Positions 32,208 to 41,299 of a stretch of 64,000 bases of DNA are shown here, one piece after another. Position 1 is the stretch's first letter; the number at the start of each line of letters is the position of its first letter. Location: NCBI GenBank assembly GCA_963755125.1, contig CAVWIP010000014.1, positions 1-64,000 of the forward strand, written 5' to 3'. This DNA is from an uncultured delta proteobacterium (GTDB taxonomy: Bacteria; Myxococcota_A; Polyangia; Fen-1088). The position numbers and the translations under genes are program-made. Below the pieces are notes generated by a model. It searched no databases. It saw only the letters and a program-made list of their open reading frames with translations, and was not told the origin of the DNA.

Positions 32208-33941
32208 TCAGTATCCCGCCGGTGCTCCCCCGGAACGGGGCTCTCCCGCGGCCTCCAGGCCTGCCTTGCTGCGGATCACGACATTGACCTTGCCGATCTT
32301 GTCCCGGACTTGCACGTGGTGACCCTTGGCGCGCAACGATTCGACCACGGATGCTGGCAAGGCCGGCTCGTAGCGAAGCACATCCGGGCTCCACTGGTGA
32401 TGGAGGCGAGGTGCTGCCACGGCAGCGTCCACGTCCACGCCAAAGAGCAGTGCATCGAGCAGAACCTCGGCAGTGCTCGATATGATCATGGGGCCGCCGG
32501 CAGCGCCCAGCACCATCTCCACGCCGTTCTCACCCACCACGATGGTGGGTGACATGGAAGACAGCGGCCGCTTGCCAGGCGCGAGTTGGTTGGCGCCGCC
32601 TGCCACCAGTTCGAAAGCGTCCGCAACGCCGGGGGCTAGCGAGAAATCGTCCATCTCGTCGTTGAGCAGGACACCCGTGCGACCGGCCACAAGGTGCGCC
32701 CCGAATTCCAGATTGATAGTGGTGGTCAGGGCCACGGCGTTCCCCTCGCTGTCGACGACGGATATGTGGGCGGTTCCTGCGTCGCGGGCCGGCGCTGCAG
32801 CCGATGGCTCGGCCGTGCCGTAGCGGTTGGGGGGCAGGGTGCTGTTCGGCTGGATGCGGGCTGCCAGATCGCGATGGTAGGAGGCATCGAGCAGGTGCGA
32901 CAACGGCACGGTGACAAACGCGGGATCGCCGAGAAAGCGGCTGCGGTCGGCGAAGCCGTGTTTGAACGCCTCGACCAGCAGGTGCAGGTAGGTCGGATCC
33001 TGCGGACCGGCCGGAACTGGGTCCCAGTTCTTCATACGTTCGCCAAGGATGCCGAGTACCTCGAACATGACCACCCCGCCGGCTGACGGGGGCGGCATGG
33101 CAAAGATGCGCCGGCCGCGGAATGTCGTCACCAGAGGCGCTCGCTCGACCGGTGCATACCCAGCTAGATCGTTGCGGTCGAGCACGCCGCCCCCGTTCCG
33201 CACAGCGCTGACGATCGCTCTGGCCATCTCGCCTCGATAAAAGGCTGCGGCGCCCTCGCGGCGTATACGGGCGAGCGCGATCGTCAGGTCGGGCCGCCGG
33301 ACGACATCCCCGGCGTGAAGCTCGACCAGGCTGCCGCGCTTGCGCGAAAGTACGAGCGAGAGAAAACTGGCAGCCTCCGACGGATCCTGCTTGAGTTCAC
33401 CGGCCACATGCTCGACCAGCCACGCTGATGCCGGGAATCCTCGCGCCAGAGCCTCGGCCGGCTCCACGCAGCGAGCGAAGGGCCGCTTGCCCCACCGGCG
33501 CACGAGTTCAGCCAGGCCAGCCGGCTCGCCGGGCACGCCGACTGCCAGGCCACCGCGCGCCGAAAGCGATCGATCGACCTTGCCTTTCCGCAAGAACAGT
33601 TCGGGGCGCAGGGCCGCAGGCGCGGTTTCGCGAAAATCAAGCGCTTCGACCTTGCCGGTCTTGGCCGAATAGATGAGGGCGAAGCCGCCGCCGCCCAGGC
33701 CCGATGCGAATGGGTCCACGACGCCGAGCGCCAGCGCAGTGGCGCAGGCTGCGTCGGCCGCGTTCCCGCCCGCGGCCAACACGCGGGCACCAGCCTGAGA
33801 TGCCAGCCGGGAATCGGAGGCAACCATGCCGTGAACGGCGTGAGCACCAATTTCGGCGGCAGTCGCCGAGTTACTGGCCGCGAGCAGCCCCACGCCGACC
33901 GCTGGCAGCACGCCGCGCCGGAAAAGCAGGCAACCAATCAA
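32208..33941 (-). CDS. ggt: Gamma-glutamyltransferase (secreted); start uncertain
   Basis: GGNAADAA, SGLGGGGF, DFRETAP, catalytic TAHISVVD, LLNDEMDDFS, PLSSMSPT. Confidence 0.95.
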   Translation of the reverse strand: MIGCLLFRRGVLPAVGVGLLAASNSATAAEIGAHAVHGMVASDSRLASQAGARVLAAGGNAADAACATALALGVVDPFASGLGGGGFALIYSAKTGKVEALDFRETAPAALRPELFLRKGKVDRSLSARGGLAVGVPGEPAGLAELVRRWGKRPFARCVEPAEALARGFPASAWLVEHVAGELKQDPSEAASFLSLVLSRKRGSLVELHAGDVVRRPDLTIALARIRREGAAAFYRGEMARAIVSAVRNGGGVLDRNDLAGYAPVERAPLVTTFRGRRIFAMPPPSAGGVVMFEVLGILGERMKNWDPVPAGPQDPTYLHLLVEAFKHGFADRSRFLGDPAFVTVPLSHLLDASYHRDLAARIQPNSTLPPNRYGTAEPSAAAPARDAGTAHISVVDSEGNAVALTTTINLEFGAHLVAGRTGVLLNDEMDDFSLAPGVADAFELVAGGANQLAPGKRPLSSMSPTIVVGENGVEMVLGAAGGPMIISSTAEVLLDALLFGVDVDAAVAAPRLHHQWSPDVLRYEPALPASVVESLRAKGHHVQVRDKIGKVNVVIRSKAGLEAAGEPRSGGAPAGY

Positions 33942-34003
33942 TAATTGAAGGAAACTCAACGCCGTCGTAACCTCAGAGCCATTCCCGACTAGGGAAAACC
34001 CCC

Positions 34004-35887
34004 ATGGACGAGCCGTCAAGCCCTGAAGGCAACCCGATCACACTTCGGATCAAGTTCAAGAGTGCGAGCCTCGACGAATTCGTCGCGCGCTACGGCGCCG
34101 ACGTAAGCGCGGGTGGCATCTTCATCCGAACCAAGCAGCCGCTGGCCGTCGGGTCGCTGCTGCACTTCGATTTCAGCCTGGCGGACGGCAGTCCGCTGAT
34201 GGCTGGCATTGGAACGGTGGTGTGGATTCGCGAGCCGGACCAGTCGCGCGTGGGCAGCATTCCCGGCATGGGGGTGCGTTTCGATCAGCTTGCGCCTGAG
34301 AGCCAGCAGACTCACCAGCAGATCTTGGCTACTAAGGCCAGGCTCGGGGATCACACAGCCGGTGCGCCTTTCTCCGGTTCGGTTGCTGCGCCGGCGGCGC
34401 GTTCCCCGGCCAGGCCGGCGACGCCGCCACCCATCGGGGCGCGCCCAGCGCCGGTCACGCCGGTTGCTGCGCAGCCTTCGGGTCGAGGATCTTCCGACAC
34501 GTTCGACGAATTTGGCTCAGGCGGAAAGACCGAGATCGCTGACAAGCCGCCCAGTTTTTATTTTGATGCATTGGACAGCGCGCACGGAGCCGCAGCGGGC
34601 GCGCGGCAGGCCGAGGAAGCGGCACCCAGCGCGGCCCTCGAGAACACGGAAACTGACTCCCAGCCGACGGTGGGGACCGACTCGTTGGTGTCAGAACCCA
34701 TCGACATCAGTGAGGACGCCAGTGGAGCCGCTCGGTCTGCCGGAGCCGCTGCCGCGCAAGCAGCCACGGCCGACCTGGGTCGGTTCCAGATCTCGGGCGA
34801 CGAGCTGGCTCCAGAAACCCTCGATCTCCCACTCGGCGGCCACGCCGGGTCCGGCCGGTACACCGATCTGCCCCCGCTGTCGGGGCTGGACGCGGCGGCT
34901 GGCGCGCCTTCGGCCGATCTCGCAGCAGGGCAGGGCTGGCTCGACCAGCCGATCGACATGGGGGACGGCGCTGGCGCAGCTCCCATCGAGACGCCCGCAG
35001 AGCACACCGAAGAAACTGCCGCTCCGCCAGAAGCGGTGCTGGCCGAGGCAGCAGCGCCTGCGGTCGGCGAGGGTGATCGCTTGGCGCTGCAGGAGGCAGA
35101 GGATCTTGGGCAGGACGTTCCAGCGCCGCCGGTCAAGAAGCTGGGCGGGCAGGGCAAGACGCTGATCGTGGTGGGCATCGTGGCGGCAGCTCTCGCCTTC
35201 GCTGGGGTCTATCTGTTGCAGGTCAAGCCGTGGCAGACGCGTGCGGTGCCTGTGGCTCGCCCCACGCCGGCCATGCCCGCTCCGGCTCCAGTCGCCCCGC
35301 CCGCGGTACCCAAGGTGGCCGTGCCTGCGCAGCCGACCGTTCAGCCGACACCGACGGTGGCGAAAGTCGAACCTGTCAAGCCCGCAGAGAACGTGCCGGC
35401 GCCGACTCCGAAGGAAGAGCCAGCGCAAACCAAGCCAGAGGCGATCGAAATCGCGAAGCCAGAGGCGACCGACGAGGGTGCCAAGCGCTCAGGACCGGCC
35501 AAGAAGGCGGGGAGCAAGCTCGCAGCTTCCTCGCCGCCCGGCGCGCCGGCTCCTGCCGGGGCGGGCGAAATCGTCTACATGATCAGGGTGCGCTCCTTGC
35601 CGCCCGGCGCGGAGATCTTGATCGACGGTGAGCCCATGGGGCAGACGCCATTCCAGCGGCGCATCTTGGACATCGACAAGCCCCACATGGTGACGATCCG
35701 CAAGCCCGGGTATTTGCTGTACGAAAGCAGTGTCAGCTTGTCGTCGGGCCATTGGGTGAAGGACGGCAGCACGGAGACCACGAACGTGTTCGCCAAGCTG
35801 AAGAGGGCGAAGGGTCAATCCGCCCCAACGCCGCCCACGCCGGGAGATCAGCCTGAACCCGTGACGGACCAGCCCGACAAGTTATAG
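34004..35887 (+). CDS. TIGR02266 (PilZ-like) membrane protein with C-terminal PEGA-like domain
   Basis: DVSAGGIFIRT..PLAVG...GTVVW...GMGVRF; one TM segment; VRSLPPGAEILIDG..GQTP. Confidence 0.82.
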   Translation: MDEPSSPEGNPITLRIKFKSASLDEFVARYGADVSAGGIFIRTKQPLAVGSLLHFDFSLADGSPLMAGIGTVVWIREPDQSRVGSIPGMGVRFDQLAPESQQTHQQILATKARLGDHTAGAPFSGSVAAPAARSPARPATPPPIGARPAPVTPVAAQPSGRGSSDTFDEFGSGGKTEIADKPPSFYFDALDSAHGAAAGARQAEEAAPSAALENTETDSQPTVGTDSLVSEPIDISEDASGAARSAGAAAAQAATADLGRFQISGDELAPETLDLPLGGHAGSGRYTDLPPLSGLDAAAGAPSADLAAGQGWLDQPIDMGDGAGAAPIETPAEHTEETAAPPEAVLAEAAAPAVGEGDRLALQEAEDLGQDVPAPPVKKLGGQGKTLIVVGIVAAALAFAGVYLLQVKPWQTRAVPVARPTPAMPAPAPVAPPAVPKVAVPAQPTVQPTPTVAKVEPVKPAENVPAPTPKEEPAQTKPEAIEIAKPEATDEGAKRSGPAKKAGSKLAASSPPGAPAPAGAGEIVYMIRVRSLPPGAEILIDGEPMGQTPFQRRILDIDKPHMVTIRKPGYLLYESSVSLSSGHWVKDGSTETTNVFAKLKRAKGQSAPTPPTPGDQPEPVTDQPDKL

Positions 35888-35894
35888 GGATGTC

Positions 35895-37172
35895 GTGAGC
35901 ATGACTGGTTCCCGGCGGTCGGCGTGGGGCGTAGCGGGAGCGGTGCTGTTGCTGTTGGCGTTGGGCGCGTTGGGCGTGGCCGGAACCTTGGCTCACAGGT
36001 GGTGCGGGAAAACCGAGTCCGCGGAAACAGGGCGGAAACCAAGGTCAGCGCGCCTCGCTCGCATCGACTCGCACACCCACATCAGTCCGGACGGCATCGA
36101 GCGCGCCCTGCAGATCATGGAAACCTGGGGTATCGACGGCATGGTGAACCTGTCGGGCATGAGCCCGGGGCCGCCACACCACGCGCTGGAAACCCAGCTT
36201 GCCGCGGCTCGCGCGACGGGCGGGCGTATCGCCGTGTTCGCCAACGCCGGTTTCGGCAAGGCGTTGCGCATGGCCAATCTCGGCATCCGGGCCGACTACG
36301 GTAACGTGATGGCCGAGGAACTCGCGTTGTCCAAGCAACTCGGCGCCATCGGCCTCAAGATCCCCAAGGGCCTCGGTCTCGGCTATCCCACGCCCGACGG
36401 CAAGCACGTGCTTCCCGTGGATGATCCAGGGCTGGATCCGCTGTTCGAGAAGGCGGGCGAGTTGGGCATGCCGGTGGCGATTCACACCGGTGATCCAAAG
36501 GCCTTCTGGCTGCCCGCCGATGCCAAAAACGAGCGCTGGGACGAGTTGCAGGCCCACCCCGAGTGGTCTTTCCGCGGCCAGCCTGTGCCGTCGTGGGAAG
36601 AGCTGTACGCGGCATTCGAGCGGCGCGTGGCCCGCCACCCCAAGACGACTTTCATCGGGGTGCACTTCGGCAACGATCCCGAAGATCCGGATCGCGTAGC
36701 GCAGATGCTCGACAAGTACCCCAACCTGTACATCGACACCGCTGCGCGCGTGCCCGAGATCGGACGGCAGGATGCCGCCAAGATGCGACTCTTCTACGAG
36801 AAGTACCAGGACCGCATCCTGTTCGGCACCGACCTGGGCGTGGCAGCCGATCAGGATGGCATGATGTACGGCTCGAACGGCGCCAACCCGCCGACCCTGG
36901 AGGATGAAGCCCGCTACTTCACCTCGACCTGGCGCTACTTCGAGACGCGCGACAAGCAGTTCGAGAGCCCCACGCCCATCCAGGGCCGCTGGAAGATCGA
37001 CGGTGTGGGTCTGCCCGAGTCCATCTTGCGCAAGATCTATTTCGACAACGCCGCCCGCGTTCTGAAGTGGCGGCCGCCGGCCGGACCGGTCATGCCGCCT
37101 CGCCCTGCGGCGGGGCCAGCCCCGGGCGCGACCGTCCCCGCCCCGCCGACCGGCGAGGCCGCGGGAAAATAG
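35895..37172 (+). CDS. Amidohydrolase family protein
   Basis: IDSHTH, PVAIHTGD, FIGVHFG, YIDTAAR, RILFGTD. Confidence 0.9.
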   Translation: MSMTGSRRSAWGVAGAVLLLLALGALGVAGTLAHRWCGKTESAETGRKPRSARLARIDSHTHISPDGIERALQIMETWGIDGMVNLSGMSPGPPHHALETQLAAARATGGRIAVFANAGFGKALRMANLGIRADYGNVMAEELALSKQLGAIGLKIPKGLGLGYPTPDGKHVLPVDDPGLDPLFEKAGELGMPVAIHTGDPKAFWLPADAKNERWDELQAHPEWSFRGQPVPSWEELYAAFERRVARHPKTTFIGVHFGNDPEDPDRVAQMLDKYPNLYIDTAARVPEIGRQDAAKMRLFYEKYQDRILFGTDLGVAADQDGMMYGSNGANPPTLEDEARYFTSTWRYFETRDKQFESPTPIQGRWKIDGVGLPESILRKIYFDNAARVLKWRPPAGPVMPPRPAAGPAPGATVPAPPTGEAAGK

Positions 37173-37214
37173 ACCGCGTCACGAGACGGTCGCACCGTCG
37201 CCCTCTCGAACTGC

Positions 37215-37242
37215 TTGACCTCGAAGCGCGGCTGCCCATAAT
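37215..37242 (+). promoter_or_regulatory. Sigma70-type promoter of tRNA-Asn
   Basis: TTGACC-N16-CATAAT, 15 bp upstream of the tRNA. Confidence 0.6.
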
Positions 37243-37257
37243 CATCGCCTTCCACAT

Positions 37258-37329
37258 TCCGGAGTAGCTCAGTGGCAGAGCAGGCGGCTGTTAACCGCCG
37301 GGTCGGGGGTTCGATACCCTCCTCCGGAG
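37258..37329 (+). tRNA. tRNA-Asn (GTT)
   Basis: Cloverleaf TCCGGAG / GCTC..GAGC / GGCGG-CTGTTAA-CCGCC / GGGGG-TTCGATA-CCCTC / CTCCGGA-G; CCA not encoded. Confidence 0.97.
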
Positions 37330-37560
37330 CACCCAGCAAAATCGCCGTTCTCGACGGAGATTCCGGGTCTTTCGTGCGCTTCGGTCTTCGGTCGAAAGCG
37401 TGGCTGCAAGCGGCTGGAAACGGTAAAATGCGGACGAATTGCCCAACCTTTGCCCACCGAATTTCCCGCCGTGAAAGCCCACTCGAAGGCCACCGCGGAG
37501 CCGCGCACGAAGGCGCTCGGGCGCGCGCCTGCTGCGCGGAGGACTGTTGCCTCTGCCGGC

Positions 37561-38202
37561 ATGAAGATCGCGCAGCCCACAGCAAAGGGAGCCGTGTGGG
37601 ATGACGATTCCAGGTTCAGTCAGCGGTTGTCTTGCTACGCGATGATCGAAAGTGCTCATCACGTCGAAAGGACGGCACGAGCCGCGCTAGCTCTTCTTGA
37701 GCGAGAAGACCCGTCGAAGGCACAGAAGGAAGCCTGCAAGCGATGGCTGGGGGCGCTCGCACGGTTGAGAGGGCCGCTTGGGCGCTTTGTGGACAAGCAG
37801 CCGTGGCGATATGGCCAAGCCGTCGTCACTGGGATTTACGAATGCGCGACACGACTGCTCCGCGCGTTGGCGCAAGACTTCAGAGAACGCCGAAGCACCG
37901 ACAGGTTGGCCCAGTTCGCCGAGGATGTCGACCTGGCTTCCGCGGTAGTCGATGCACTTGTTCGCGTCGTCGACGACACGATCCGTGACGTACTGCCAGG
38001 ATTCGCTCCGCTCCGGAAGGATCTCGTCGAGTGGCTTGTCGATAAAGTTGCGCCTGAGAACGCCTGCAAGATCGACTACGAGCACGGCGCGCAGGCGATG
38101 GCGGCGAAGCTGGTAAGACTGCCGCCTCGCAAGGTGCAGGACATCGTGGGCCGCTCGCGTAAGTATGAAGCGATCGAGGCCCCGTTCTTGTTCTCGAAGT
38201 GA
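37561..38202 (+). CDS. Hypothetical helical protein of the tRNA-Asn element
   Basis: Open, protein-like 213-codon frame with no recognised motif; start uncertain. Confidence 0.5.
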   Translation: MKIAQPTAKGAVWDDDSRFSQRLSCYAMIESAHHVERTARAALALLEREDPSKAQKEACKRWLGALARLRGPLGRFVDKQPWRYGQAVVTGIYECATRLLRALAQDFRERRSTDRLAQFAEDVDLASAVVDALVRVVDDTIRDVLPGFAPLRKDLVEWLVDKVAPENACKIDYEHGAQAMAAKLVRLPPRKVQDIVGRSRKYEAIEAPFLFSK

Positions 38203-38321
38203 AGTAACCAGTCCCGTCGACGGTGACCTGGCCGCGCAATCGGTCCGCAGTTTTCGGGCTGAATTCGCGGACCAATGGCTCTCGTGTGATCGCACTCGGT
38301 CGTGAGAAATCACGAGACACC

Positions 38322-38540
38322 ATGGACACGCCCACTGCATCGTCGAGTTCCCGAACCTTTCTCAGCGACACGCAGATCGCCGAGATGCTCGCCGTGCCCG
38401 TCGCCACTGTCGGGTGGTGGCGGCGTACGGGCCGCCTACCCTATCTGCGCGTGGGCCGCTACCCGCGCGTGCGCGCTGCGGACTTTGAGGCATTTGTGGC
38501 GGCCAGGATGTACCCGCTGGCACGGGAGGCGCGCCGGTGA
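38322..38540 (+). CDS. Excisionase/AlpA-like HTH DNA-binding protein
   Basis: FLSDTQIAEMLAVPVATVGWWRRTGRLPYLRVGRYPRVRAADFEAFV. Confidence 0.82.
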   Translation: MDTPTASSSSRTFLSDTQIAEMLAVPVATVGWWRRTGRLPYLRVGRYPRVRAADFEAFVAARMYPLAREARR

Positions 38541-39379
38541 AGTTCCACGCGGTCCACCGTGCGTGGCTGCGCACACCGCCAGCCGCGGGTGTGCCCGACG
38601 TTGTGATCGGGACGTGGGTCCGCGTCTGCACCTACGCTGCGGACGTCGAGGCGGGGGTGTCCGACCAACGCGTGAAACGTCACCGGCCGCTCGGCCGCGC
38701 GCGTGTCGTGGGTTGTGGGCGGTGGTCCCGACGTGCATGGTCGTCGAGCTGCGACACCACACGGAAGGCCGTTGACGCCGTGGTGGCGGCGGGCCTGGCC
38801 GCATGGGACGGTGACGATCTGCTCCTCGACGGATACGACGTCTGGGGTGAGGAGCGGACCCGCCGGATCCGACACTCTGAGGACGATGCCGGGGGGAACG
38901 CTGGGCGGAAGTCCGGGGAGAATGCCGGGCGGAAGTCCGGGGAGCATCCCGGCGAGGGGAGAGGAGACGTAGGGAGGGGAAACGTAGGGAGGGGAAACGT
39001 AGGGAGGGGAAACGTACCGGAGGGTAGCGCAGCGGCAGGTGAGGCTCTTCCCACAAAGGCGCCCACTCCGCACAGTCCGACCTCGGGAAGTCCAGGGAAG
39101 AGCGATCCGCCACCCGAGAGGGATGGGGAGGACCAGCGGCCCGAGCGTGCGCGCGACCCCGCCGAGCCCGACCCCGCCGCCCAACTCGCAAACTGCCTGC
39201 GGGCGCATGCAGGAACCACAGCCTCCGACTCCGAGAAGCGGGCGCTCGTCGCCTACTGTGCCTCGCTTCCGGCCGCGAAGGTCCAGCCCGCGCTGTATGG
39301 GCTGTGGGACTACTGGAAGGCCGACAAGTCGCCGACCGTCACCGCGTGGCTGGCCCGCCAGCATGGAGTGCGCCGATGA
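38537..39379 (+). CDS. Putative phage-type replication initiator
   Basis: Translationally coupled between the HTH and primase genes; central purine-rich GRGNV repeats; N- and C-terminal globular parts. Confidence 0.5.
   Translation: MKFHAVHRAWLRTPPAAGVPDVVIGTWVRVCTYAADVEAGVSDQRVKRHRPLGRARVVGCGRWSRRAWSSSCDTTRKAVDAVVAAGLAAWDGDDLLLDGYDVWGEERTRRIRHSEDDAGGNAGRKSGENAGRKSGEHPGEGRGDVGRGNVGRGNVGRGNVPEGSAAAGEALPTKAPTPHSPTSGSPGKSDPPPERDGEDQRPERARDPAEPDPAAQLANCLRAHAGTTASDSEKRALVAYCASLPAAKVQPALYGLWDYWKADKSPTVTAWLARQHGVRR
38903..39016 (+). repeat. Iteron-like intragenic repeats
   Basis: gggcggaagtccggggag x2 (38903 and 38927, 24-bp period) and acgtagggaggggaa x3.3 (38967-39016). Confidence 0.85.
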
Positions 39380-39602
39380 CTGCGCCCGTCGAGCGCGTTC
39401 TAGCCGCGCTTGCCGCCTTCGGCGTCCGACCCTCCGGCACGGGATGGAGCGCCCGCTGCCCGGCGCACGAGGATCGGCACGCATCGCTCGCCATAGGTGA
39501 GGGCAAGGACGGCCGAGCGCTCCTATTCTGCCACGGCGGTTGTGAGCTGGCCGACGTGCTCCGCGCCCTGGGGCTCACTGCGCGCGACCTATTCATCGGA
39601 CC
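39376..39602 (+). pseudogene. DNA primase N-terminal Zn-binding domain, truncated by IS
   Basis: WSARCPAHEDRHASLAI...LLFCHGGC...LGL..RDLF; protein-like sequence stops at the IS inverted repeat at 39603. Confidence 0.78.
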
Positions 39603-40929
39603 TGTCCTTCGCCACCCTGTCATCCGGGCGCCGTCGAGGGGCGATCCCGAGCAAAAGGTGAGGTCGAAGGCGTGCTCGCGCGTGAGTGCGCCCACGTCGG
39701 GCGTGTGGTCGGCGTCGGAGCAAACGCGGTTTCGTACTGCGTGCAGAGGAATGGCCATCCATGTCGATGTCGCCATGGCCAACACTTGTGGCGATCAGGC
39801 CGCGCGGCGCTCGTAGCGGTGGTGCAGGCCGCCGACTTCGGGCAGCTCGACTATCTGGCCCATGCTCGGCGGCTGGACGGCTCTCGGCTCCGGCGCGTCT
39901 TTGCCCAGAGAGAGGTGAGTTCGTGACCTGTGGTAGTAGGCAAAGTACGCCGTCAGGATTCGCCGGAGATGGCGCTCATTGAGCACGATGACGTGATCGA
40001 GACATTCTCGTCGTATCGAGCCCAGAAGGCGCTCGACATAGGCATTTTGCCAAGGTGATCGGGGTGCGGTGAGTATTTCCTCGATGCCGAGGCTCTCCAC
40101 ACGACGCTTGAAGTAGGCGCCGTAGATGCCGTCGCGGTCCCGGATCATGTACTTGGGCGCCGTGTCTTCGGGGAACGCCTCAACCACCTGCTGGGCGGTC
40201 CACTGCGCGCCAGGACCGTCGCTGACGTTCCAGTGCAGGACACGCCTGCGGTCGTGAGAGAGGACGAGAAAGACATACAGGACGCGAAAAGTTGCGGTTG
40301 GCACGGTGAAGAAATCAATCGAGTCGAGCGAACCGACATGGTTGTCGAGGAAAGTGCGCCAGGTCTGCGAGGGAGGCTTGCGTGATTTGGGTGGCATGAA
40401 GCGGGAGACGCTGCGCTCGCCGATGTCGATGCCGAGTTTGAGCAATTCGCCGTGGATTCTGGGCGCTCCCCAGGATGGGTTGGCTTTGGCCATCTGGCGG
40501 ATGAGCGCCTTGGTCTGCGGGGAGACCTCGTTTTGCGCTGGCGTGCGCCGACGTGACTTCCAACGCCAAAACAAGCGGAAGCCAGCCCGGTGCCAGCGGA
40601 CGACGGTGTCTGGTTTCACGACGACCAGCGCGTCCGCCCAGCGAGACCAGAGATGGGAGAGCACGACCCAGAAGGCACGGTCACTCTTGCGCAGGCGAGG
40701 GCGGGCCGAGGTGCGCTGGAAGTTGGCCAGCTGCTGGCGTAGGGCGAGGTTCTCGACTACGAGGTTCGCGTGGGTGCGCAAGGCGGAGCGCAGCGCTCCA
40801 AGGAGGCTGAGAAACAGGGAACCCATCGTGTGGTTATGCACGATGGCGAGCCGTGCCGGCCAAAACCAGCTGCACATCGTCGCCACCGTCGGAAAACACA
40901 CGTCGCGGATGGCGTCTTGGCGAGGGACA
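39603..40929 (-). mobile_element. Insertion sequence with rve (integrase-core) transposase, IS3/IS481-like
   Basis: Terminal IRs TGTCCTTCGCCA (39603-39614) and TGGCGAGGGACA (40918-40929), 11/12 match with TGT...ACA ends; no target duplication seen. Confidence 0.8.
39795..40826 (-). CDS. Integrase-core (DDE) transposase
   Basis: ENLALRQQL, NPSWGAPRIHGELLKLG, IDFFTV, IRDRDGIYG, PWQNAYVER..GSIRRECLD, GGLHHRY. Confidence 0.92.
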   Translation of the reverse strand: MGSLFLSLLGALRSALRTHANLVVENLALRQQLANFQRTSARPRLRKSDRAFWVVLSHLWSRWADALVVVKPDTVVRWHRAGFRLFWRWKSRRRTPAQNEVSPQTKALIRQMAKANPSWGAPRIHGELLKLGIDIGERSVSRFMPPKSRKPPSQTWRTFLDNHVGSLDSIDFFTVPTATFRVLYVFLVLSHDRRRVLHWNVSDGPGAQWTAQQVVEAFPEDTAPKYMIRDRDGIYGAYFKRRVESLGIEEILTAPRSPWQNAYVERLLGSIRRECLDHVIVLNERHLRRILTAYFAYYHRSRTHLSLGKDAPEPRAVQPPSMGQIVELPEVGGLHHRYERRAA

Positions 40930-41249
40930 ACGGCCACCATCCCGATTCCTGCCACGCAGACCACGAAGCCCGCGGCCCCCGCGCGGAACCAGGGAAGAAC
41001 TTCCCGGCGGCCCCGCTCGTCGAGCAGGTGGTGGAGCGAAACCGGCGACCACAACCACCCATGCGCGTCCGATCCCAGGCGCACGAGCGTCTTACGCAAG
41101 GCCAGATGGTACACGATGCCCGCGCCGCCTCCGCCCAGCAGCCCGACCAGCGCGAGCAGGCCGCCGAACAAGAGTTGCCACATGGCCTCTGGCACACCCA
41201 GCAACAACAGGTAGGCCAGAAGTCCGAAAACAAAACAGGCCTCGAACAC
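40930..41249 (-). pseudogene. Small membrane protein gene, 3' end replaced by the IS (in-frame fusion to the transposase)
   Basis: Hydrophobic frame (GGLLALVGLLGG..IVYHLAL...WLWSP...WFRAGAAGF) with GAGGAG RBS, continuing without a stop into the IS. Confidence 0.6.
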
Positions 41250-41299
41250 CGCGGTGCTCCTCTATGTCCGGCTGGATCGAACGGGGATGTCGAACACCC

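Larger units (their letters stand above)
37330..39602 (+). mobile_element. Truncated integrative (phage-satellite- or prophage-like) element at tRNA-Asn
   Basis: Arm-site-like TTGCCCA repeats near 37439-37456, excisionase-type HTH, rep-like gene with internal repeats, and a primase Zn-binding fragment cut by an IS. Confidence 0.65.

Noticed and set aside
37291..37662. Minus-strand ORF running into tRNA-Asn, as a second att-spanning integrase tail
   Set aside because: No recombinase motifs; it is simply the antisense reading of the tRNA and its flank.
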